Shown here piece by piece: positions 26,860 through 33,169 of a stretch of 33,169 nt of DNA. The number at the start of each line of letters is the position of its first letter. Position 1 is the first letter of the stretch. This stretch comes from Anaerohalosphaeraceae bacterium (GTDB taxonomy: Bacteria > Planctomycetota > Phycisphaerae > Sedimentisphaerales > Anaerohalosphaeraceae). A program made the translations under genes and the position numbers. The notes beneath the pieces are model-generated. The model worked only from the letters and a program-made list of their open reading frames with translations. It had not been told where the DNA came from and made no database searches. The stretch lies in contig JBNRMN010000095.1 of assembly GCA_050309605.1 (NCBI GenBank), forward strand, positions 1-33,169. Direction: 5' to 3'.

Positions 26860-27639
26860 GTGGTGAAGATGAATGCCTATGATGACAATTTGTTATTCGC
26901 CGACTCGGACCAAATGGTGGGTGAGAAAACAGGTAACTGTAATGAAACCCAGGTCGGAAATGGCACAAGATCCAAGTCGAAACGCGACTCGGCGCGTATT
27001 TCAGCCATAAATCACGACGAACTGAGTCAGATTCGAGAGGAACTGCATAACATCACCACGGCTGCGGTACTCCTTCAGATCGCAGAAAACAGCCTCACAG
27101 TGTTTATTTCCAATCTGGCTCAAATGAAGTGCCTGGCGAAAAATGTCCTGAATCGAATTTCCGGCGACGAAGAAACGGACAGCCTGATTGCATCGTTTGA
27201 CGAGCTTGTCGAACAAAACCAGCGAATCGGCGAGGGTGCCACCTTCCGTGAGCACCCCCTGCACCGCGATGAGCAAACCTTTGTGCTGTATGCCGACGGC
27301 GTGGACACTGTGGTCTGGAAGACGCAAAGGCTGCCTGAAATAGACGCCGAACTTGCGGCCCGGCCCGATGCCGTCCTGCAGAGTATCGAGCACGCCAACA
27401 ATACGGTTTTGGCCTACCGCAATGGAATCCGCTGTCTTCTGGCAACGTTGCGGGAACTTTCGGAGATACAGTGCCAAAAAACCGAGCGTGTCTTCAACAC
27501 AGAAACGGTAATTACCACTCCTCCTGCCGCCGAGATCATCGCATACCGGACCGCAACCGATCTTCTCACGTCTGAAAACGCCGCACTGGCCGCTCACAGC
27601 GACAGGGTATCTGTTATCGCCGGAACGCTGTTTGGCTAA
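26860..27639 (+). CDS. Divergent flagellin-like protein
   Basis: N.....LLQIAENSL.....L.QMK.LA....N...D.E...L...FDEL.....RI...ATF...PL aligns by eye to the flagellin N-terminal helices. I..A...V..YR..I...L..L.........E..I.....A.......LL.....AL.AH.......TLFG aligns to the flagellin C-terminus. GTG start at 26860 or 26863. Confidence 0.65.
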   Translation: MVKMNAYDDNLLFADSDQMVGEKTGNCNETQVGNGTRSKSKRDSARISAINHDELSQIREELHNITTAAVLLQIAENSLTVFISNLAQMKCLAKNVLNRISGDEETDSLIASFDELVEQNQRIGEGATFREHPLHRDEQTFVLYADGVDTVVWKTQRLPEIDAELAARPDAVLQSIEHANNTVLAYRNGIRCLLATLRELSEIQCQKTERVFNTETVITTPPAAEIIAYRTATDLLTSENAALAAHSDRVSVIAGTLFG

Positions 27640-27897
27640 AGGCATCCGCCATCGTTTGCGCGGCGGTACGGGTGTTCGGATATGTGCTAAAAAGACCTGT
27701 ATTCAATCATATATTGTCTGTTTTTTTGTTCGAAGTGCGCATATTCCTGTTTGTTTTGCGCTGCTTATTTCACAAAAAATTGCATTTTTTGTTGCATTTT
27801 TCCGGTCATTTGATACCGTAAGCATCAGTCAAGGGCTTCTTGACGTCAAGATGGAAACAAAGCGATGTAAACCTGAACAAGTGGAAAGGGTTCGCCT

Positions 27898-29880
27898 ATG
27901 GCAGACGCAACAAAAGGCATGCAATCGTTAATGTCCGAAACTCGTAAGTTTCCTCCGCCTTCCGGCATCCGGGATAACGCCTGGATCAAGTCAATGGACG
28001 AATATCAGTCGATGTGGGAGCGTTCAATTCATGACCCCGACGGGTTCTGGCTTGAACAGGCCAAGATGTTAAGCTGGTTTAAGGAACCCGGCAAGAGCCT
28101 TGAATACACCTGGAACACCAAATCCCGCACCATCCAACATACCTGGTTTGCCGACGGCCAGATCAACGTGTCCTATAACTGCCTTGATCGACATCTGGGC
28201 ACACCAATCGAGAATAAAACCGCTATTCTCTGGCAGGGTGAAGAAGAAGAGGCAGTCAAAGAATTCACCTATAAACAGCTCCATACAGAGGTGTGCAAGT
28301 TTGCCAATGTGCTGAAAGCCAAAGGTATCCAAAAAGGCGACCGGGTCGCGATCTATATGCCGATGGTTCCTGAACTGGCGATTGCGATGCTTGCGTGCAC
28401 CCGAATTGGAGCAATCCACTCGGTGATTTTCGGCGGCTTCAGCGCCGACGCCATTAAAGGGCGAGTCAACGATTCCGACTGCAAGATGCTGATTACCTCC
28501 AATGTGTCGCTGCGTGCGGGCAAACACATTCCTCTTAAGAAGATCGCCGACGAGGCCCTTGAAGGGTGTCCCACGATTAAAAACGTCATTGTGGTCAAGG
28601 TCAACGACGAACCATGCGAAATGAAGTCCGGGCGCGACCTGTGGTATCACGACGAAATGAGCGGCGTCAGCGCCGATTGTCCGGCGGAAAAGATGAATGC
28701 CGAGGACCCGCTGTTTATTCTCTACACTTCCGGCTCGACCGGCAAACCCAAGGGAGTCGTTCACACGACCGGCGGTTACCTGCTGCATACGGCCTTGACG
28801 CACAAGCTGGTGTTTAACATTCACGACGATGATATCTACTGGTGTACTGCGGACATCGGCTGGGTGACCGGCCACAGCTATATCGTTTATGGTCCGCTGG
28901 CCAACGGAGCGACGAGCCTGATGTTTGAAGGCGTGCCGACGTATCCGGATGCCGGTCGATTCTGGCAGATCTGCGATAAGTTCAGCGTTACGGTCTTTTA
29001 TACCGCTCCGACCGCTATCCGCGCTTTGATGCGACTGGGCGAAGAATGGGTTATGAAGTACAAACTCGATTCGCTGCGGATTCTGGGCACGGTCGGCGAG
29101 CCGATCAACCCCGAAGCATGGATGTGGTATTATGAGAAGGTCGGACGGGGCCGCTGTCCGATTATGGACACCTGGTGGCAGACCGAGACGGGCGGGTTTA
29201 TGATTACGCCGCTTCCGGGTGCGATGACGCTCAAACCCGGCAGTGCATCGCGGCCGTTCTTCGGCGTCGATCCGGTGGTGCTGCGCGACGACGGGACGGC
29301 GTGCGACCGCAACGAAGGCGGCAAATTGTGTATCCGTAAGCCGTGGCCGGGAATGATGCGCACCATGTGGGGCGACCATGAACGGTTTGTGGATACGTAC
29401 TTTACGATGTTTGACGATATGTACTTTACGGGCGACGGCTGCCGCGTGGATGAGGACGGCGATTACTGGCTGATGGGGCGCATTGATGACGTGGTGAACG
29501 TCTCCGGCCACCGCATTGGAACCGCCGAGGTGGAAAGCGCTTTGGTGAGCCATCCGAAAGTTGCCGAAGCAGCCGTTACGCCGATCCCGCACGAAGTCAA
29601 AGGTCAGGGGCTGTATGCTTATGTAACGCTCAAAGACGGTGTGCATGAAAGCGACGAGCTGAAAAAAGAACTGATTATGCATGTCCGCAAGGAGATTGGC
29701 CCTATCGCCGCACCAGAGGCGATTCAGTTTGCTCCGGCGCTGCCAAAGACACGTTCGGGTAAGATTATGCGGCGTATTCTTCGCAAGATCGCCGAAAAGG
29801 ACACCGGCAATCTGGGCGACATTACGACGCTGGCCGATCCAAGCGTGGTCGAGAAATTGATCGCCGGACGCGGGCAATAA
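27898..29880 (+). CDS. acs: Acetyl-CoA synthetase (AMP-forming)
   Basis: [67 protein letters not shown]. Confidence 0.98.
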   Translation: MADATKGMQSLMSETRKFPPPSGIRDNAWIKSMDEYQSMWERSIHDPDGFWLEQAKMLSWFKEPGKSLEYTWNTKSRTIQHTWFADGQINVSYNCLDRHLGTPIENKTAILWQGEEEEAVKEFTYKQLHTEVCKFANVLKAKGIQKGDRVAIYMPMVPELAIAMLACTRIGAIHSVIFGGFSADAIKGRVNDSDCKMLITSNVSLRAGKHIPLKKIADEALEGCPTIKNVIVVKVNDEPCEMKSGRDLWYHDEMSGVSADCPAEKMNAEDPLFILYTSGSTGKPKGVVHTTGGYLLHTALTHKLVFNIHDDDIYWCTADIGWVTGHSYIVYGPLANGATSLMFEGVPTYPDAGRFWQICDKFSVTVFYTAPTAIRALMRLGEEWVMKYKLDSLRILGTVGEPINPEAWMWYYEKVGRGRCPIMDTWWQTETGGFMITPLPGAMTLKPGSASRPFFGVDPVVLRDDGTACDRNEGGKLCIRKPWPGMMRTMWGDHERFVDTYFTMFDDMYFTGDGCRVDEDGDYWLMGRIDDVVNVSGHRIGTAEVESALVSHPKVAEAAVTPIPHEVKGQGLYAYVTLKDGVHESDELKKELIMHVRKEIGPIAAPEAIQFAPALPKTRSGKIMRRILRKIAEKDTGNLGDITTLADPSVVEKLIAGRGQ

Positions 29881-29906
29881 TTCCGAACCGAGATTCTTGT
29901 TCTCCC

Positions 29907-29942
29907 AGCCGGATGTGTCCGCTTATGCACATCCGGCTTTTT
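29907..29942 (+). terminator. Intrinsic terminator after acs
   Basis: AGCCGGATGTG...CACATCCGGCT followed by TTTT. Confidence 0.8.
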
Positions 29943-30042
29943 ATTTCGATTTTTTGCGTGATGAACGTTTTCTGTTCGGTATAATCGCGTCGCTTTCGGG
30001 GAAACCTCGGATGATACGTTCGATTGAGAGAAAGGATTGAAC

Positions 30043-31434
30043 ATGGCAGAAGAAAAAGTGATGAATCGATGGTGGGTGGTTGTGGGCGCCTTGATTATTC
30101 AAATCAGTTTAGGCGCTGTGTATATCTGGAGCGTTTTTCAGACTCCTCTGCTGGCCTATTTTTCCGACTGGACGGAAACCCAGGTGACCCTGCCGGCCCA
30201 GATTGTGTTGGCCGCATTTGTGTTGGCGGTCATTTTCGGAGGACGTATTCAGGACCGCCTGGGGCCGCGTAAAGTGGCCACCGCCGGCGGAATCATTCTC
30301 GGCGGCGGACTGATTCTGGCGCGTTTTGCCGGCGCTTTTGAACCGACGCCAGCATTGATCTGGCTGATTCTGACCTTCTCTGTGATGGGCGGGGTCGGCA
30401 TCGGGGCGGCGTATGTGTGTCCCATCGTCACCTGTGTCAAGTGGTTTCCGGACAAACGCGGACTGATTACGGGTCTGGCGGTGGCCGGATTCGGCGCCGG
30501 GGCGTTTTTCTTTGCGCCGCTGGCACGTGCGCTGATTTCAGGCGGCGCGTACAAACTGTTCAATGTGCCGTTATTCAATGTCCCGCAGGTCGGGGTCTTC
30601 AATACGTTTCTGACCCTTGGGGTTATTTTCTTAATCGCCGTAGTCACAGGTGCGCAACTGCTGCGTAATCCCCCTGTCGGCTATGCGCCTGTCGGATGGG
30701 TCCCTCCGGAAACCGCCAAGGCCTCTGCACCGAAAACAGATTATTCGCCGACTGAAATGCTTAAAACACCCGCCTTCTGGCTGCTGTGGATTACCTATTT
30801 TGCCGGCTGTACCGCCGGCCTGCAGGTCATTATGAAGGCCTCACCGATTTGGCAATCGTTCAGCTTCGGCGTGATGCAATCGCCGATCTCCGAAGAGGTC
30901 TTTGTCGGGGTGGCTTCCGCCGGTGCAGCGGCGGTTGCGATTCTGGCAATCTTCAACTCGCTCGGCCGCATTCTGTGGGGCAAAATCTCTGATAATCTTG
31001 GCCGAAAAACGACACTGGTTGTTATGTTCGTGCTGTGCGGTGCGGCGATGCTGCTGCTGGATTGGCTGCGAGTCTATCCGCTGTATCTGGCGGGTATCTC
31101 GATTGTCGGGTTGTGTTTCGGCGGCTATCTGGCGTTGTATCCGGCGGTCACGGCGGACTTTTTCGGAACGAAACACATCGGCGTTAATTACGGCTGGATG
31201 TTCAGCGCGTATGGCGCCGGGGGCATCTTGGGGCCGTATCTGGCGGCAGTTCTGATGAAGGTCGTCAATCAGATCACCTATACCGTCCAGGATGCACAAG
31301 GGCAGTTGGCTCAAAAACAATTTGCCATTGGTGATTACCGACTGGCATTTGTGATTTCCGGAATCGCCTGCCTGATCGCCGCGGCCTTAATTACTCAGGT
31401 CAAACCCCATAAAAAACACACTCCCGCCTCGTAA
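30043..31434 (+). CDS. OFA/OxlT-family MFS transporter (monocarboxylate antiporter-like)
   Basis: LG.VY.WSVF, G..QDR.GPR, KWFPDKRGLITGLAVAGFG.G, N..GRI.WG..SD..GR, D.FG.K..G.NYG; about 12 TMs. ATG 30043 follows AAAGGA. Confidence 0.92.
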   Translation: MAEEKVMNRWWVVVGALIIQISLGAVYIWSVFQTPLLAYFSDWTETQVTLPAQIVLAAFVLAVIFGGRIQDRLGPRKVATAGGIILGGGLILARFAGAFEPTPALIWLILTFSVMGGVGIGAAYVCPIVTCVKWFPDKRGLITGLAVAGFGAGAFFFAPLARALISGGAYKLFNVPLFNVPQVGVFNTFLTLGVIFLIAVVTGAQLLRNPPVGYAPVGWVPPETAKASAPKTDYSPTEMLKTPAFWLLWITYFAGCTAGLQVIMKASPIWQSFSFGVMQSPISEEVFVGVASAGAAAVAILAIFNSLGRILWGKISDNLGRKTTLVVMFVLCGAAMLLLDWLRVYPLYLAGISIVGLCFGGYLALYPAVTADFFGTKHIGVNYGWMFSAYGAGGILGPYLAAVLMKVVNQITYTVQDAQGQLAQKQFAIGDYRLAFVISGIACLIAAALITQVKPHKKHTPAS

Positions 31435-31451
31435 AATCGAGTCTTATCTTG

Positions 31452-31481
31452 AGGGCAGGCCCGCCGGTCTGCCCTTTTTTT
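31452..31481 (+). terminator. Intrinsic terminator between the MFS gene and acuC
   Basis: AGGGCAGGCC-loop-GGTCTGCCCT followed by a T run. Confidence 0.75.
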
Positions 31482-31487
31482 GTGCGA

Positions 31488-32633
31488 TCAAAGGCCGTGG
31501 AGGGGAAAAATCTGTCGTTTGATATAGTCGATATGATGATCGATTATCTCGGCGACATTCTCCCGCTGGGTTTGACTCGGTATCAGGATACGGTCGCGCA
31601 GGCCCGCTCCGCCGTGCCAGTCCATACTCTCGAGCATCACGCCGCCCATGCCTGCGGTAAAGTCGTCGCCGACCTGATCACCACACAAAGCCGACCAAAC
31701 CAGCGCCCAGGCCCGGACCGTGTTTTCGACATTGTAGCCGCCGCCGCCGACGGCCAGGATGGGTTTGCCGAAGGCCAGCAGGAGATTGATCACGTCGGCC
31801 ATCACATTATTGGTCATTGACAGGCCGGCCAGCGGGTCGCCGGCCAGCGTATCAGCGCCGGCTTCCAGGACGATCACATCCGCGTTGAACTTATGCAGCA
31901 GCGGCAGCACCACCGCCCGAAACGCCTTCATATAAATCTCGTCATATGTGCCCGGCGGCAATGGCAAATTGACGCTGTAGCCTTTGCCTTGGCCGATGCC
32001 GATTTCATCGACAAATCCCGTTCCCGGAAACAGCGTCCGACCGTCCTGGTGGGTGGAGATGGTCATCACGTCAGCGCGGTCGTAAAAAGCCGCCTGCACG
32101 CCGTCGCAGTGGTGCACGTCAATATCGACAAACACCACCCGCTTGCCGGCGCGGGCAAGCGTCTCGCAGCCAAGCACGACATCGTTGATATAACAAAACC
32201 CGCCGGTATGATCGGCAAAGGCATGGTGGTAGCCGCCTGACGGATTAAACGCAATACGGGCTTTGTTTTGCAGAATCCATTCGGCGCCGGTCACGGTGGC
32301 CCCGGCAGCCCATGAGGCATAATCGTACACCCCCCGAAACGCCGGGCAATCGCCCGTGCCCAGCCCCATATACAGCATCTGAACGTCGTATTGGCCTTCA
32401 TTGATGCGCAGCAGCGCGTCCAGATAGTCCGGCGTATGGAACATCAGCAGGGTTTGGCGGTCAGCCTGTCGCGGCGGGACCTCAATACGGTCGGGGCCTG
32501 TCAGTAACCCCATCGAGACAAGCATCTCACGCACCTGCCCGGCCCGACAGGTCTTAAATGGACTTGTTTCCGGATACGGGAACTCATCCAACGGTCGGCC
32601 GTGAATAAAAATTTTTGCAGCAGCAGACGACAT
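31488..32633 (-). CDS. acuC: AcuC-like Zn-dependent (HDAC-family) protein deacetylase
   Basis: FHTPDY, GLGTGDCP.F, NPSGGYHHA, GFCYIND, DIDVHHCDGVQ, FPGTG, GADTL.GDPL, GGGGY. Confidence 0.9.
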   Translation of the reverse strand: MSSAAAKIFIHGRPLDEFPYPETSPFKTCRAGQVREMLVSMGLLTGPDRIEVPPRQADRQTLLMFHTPDYLDALLRINEGQYDVQMLYMGLGTGDCPAFRGVYDYASWAAGATVTGAEWILQNKARIAFNPSGGYHHAFADHTGGFCYINDVVLGCETLARAGKRVVFVDIDVHHCDGVQAAFYDRADVMTISTHQDGRTLFPGTGFVDEIGIGQGKGYSVNLPLPPGTYDEIYMKAFRAVVLPLLHKFNADVIVLEAGADTLAGDPLAGLSMTNNVMADVINLLLAFGKPILAVGGGGYNVENTVRAWALVWSALCGDQVGDDFTAGMGGVMLESMDWHGGAGLRDRILIPSQTQRENVAEIIDHHIDYIKRQIFPLHGL

Positions 32634-32697
32634 CGGAGAACCTTTCCAATAAAGGCATAATTATACACTTCCGTCTGCGGTTTGCCACAAAAATCAG

Positions 32698-32814
32698 ATC
32701 GTACCAATCTTCTGACAAGTTCGGTTCAGCCAGCCTCGCCGGGTCGTCCGGATCGTGCGACAGCCACGCACGAGCGAAATAGACATACTCATGCAGATTG
32801 ATAACCCCGTTAGC
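32698..32814 (-). pseudogene. Remnant of a dockerin/EF-hand-like C-terminal module
   Basis: Translates ANGVINLHEYVYFARAWLSHDPDDPARLAEPNLSEDWYD, resembling the D.N.DG.VN..D...F...WL dockerin-like repeat. No credible start, and the frame runs into the acuC promoter region. Confidence 0.5.
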
Positions 32815-32826
32815 GCTCAAGCTCTA

Positions 32827-33043
32827 TTATCTCAACGCTTTTCGACGAAGCAATATGCCGCCTATGCCAAGCAGCATCAGCGTTGCCGGTTCGGGGATAA
32901 CTTTGACACTCATCCAGACGGGATCAAAGTCGGTTTTGTTGATAAATTGGATGCTGAAGGGCGTACCGTCGTTCCACAGGCCCTGAATGCCAACTAAGGG
33001 GTTGTCGTCAATCCACGACCAGCCCTCCTGACAATAAATAAAG
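32827..33043 (-). pseudogene. 3' part of a PEP-CTERM surface protein gene, interrupted by an IS
   Basis: Hand translation: ...FIYCQEGWSWIDDNPLVGIQGLWNDGTPFSIQFINKTDFDPVWMSVKVIPEPATLMLLGIGGILLRRKALR*. This is a canonical PEP + TM + basic tail; the frame is cut at the IS end. Confidence 0.85.
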
Positions 33044-33169
33044 GTAAGATTTTAGCCATTTGAAGCAGTGAACTCTTTCAATGCCGGCAGCTGGCCGGTT
33101 TTGAGATAGATTTTCAGCGCCTCTTTTACTGTATTCACGGGGTTTAATCCGCGTTGTTTGAGCGTAAAA
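33044..33169 (-). mobile_element. Right end of an IS66-family insertion sequence (partial)
   Basis: End reads GTAAGATTTTAGCC on the + strand (IS66 ends begin GTAA). The transposase stop codon falls inside this end, and the host gene resumes exactly at the boundary. Confidence 0.75.
33052..33169 (-). CDS. C-terminus of IS66-family transposase (partial, runs off window)
   Basis: FTLKQRGLNPVNTVKEALKIYLKTGQLPALKEFTASNG* resembles IS66 TnpC C-termini (T.K.RG.NP...L), recognised from memory. Confidence 0.7.
   Translation of the reverse strand, partial: FTLKQRGLNPVNTVKEALKIYLKTGQLPALKEFTASNG

Noticed and set aside
28069..29877. 602-aa antisense ORF inside acs (likewise 1626-2807, 4835-5818, 6149-7129, 7736-9133)
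   Set aside because: Long antisense frames are expected opposite high-GC genes, and these show no recognisable motifs.
32827..33169. Stop-codon read-through fusion of transposase and PEP-CTERM (same frame, one TAA between)
   Set aside because: Frame coincidence has a 1-in-3 chance, and the junction matches an IS terminus.

Overview
Bacterial chromosomal segment, mostly GC-rich by eye (about 55-60%). Gene content and protein style suggest an anaerobic Planctomycetota member of the Phycisphaerae/Sedimentisphaerales type; this is an inference. The minus-strand housekeeping run covers nadD, lemA, a DUF3137-like gene, hemA-hemC-cobA/hemD-ahbC, an XRE/S24 repressor, lptD, fba, an S41 protease, lysS and two LolC/E-type permeases. 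After a CHASE histidine kinase, a plus-strand block carries an HTH-membrane protein, an OmpA/MotB-like lipoprotein, ndk, a flagellin-like orphan, acs and an OFA-type MFS transporter, followed by a convergent acuC-like deacetylase. Less ordinary elements: (1) an AT-rich orphan gene with a PD-(D/E)XK-like motif at the left edge; (2) a ~550 bp mosaic of two palindromic repeat families (REP/REPIN-like) upstream of the apparently leaderless repressor; (3) a 51-aa, 55%-lysine histone-H1-like gene absent from the ORF track; (4) a degenerate flagellin-fold protein lacking the usual N-terminus, with a sigma70-type promoter; (5) at the right edge, an IS66-like element inserted in a PEP-CTERM gene, next to a dockerin-like gene remnant. 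No rRNA, tRNA or CRISPR array was seen.
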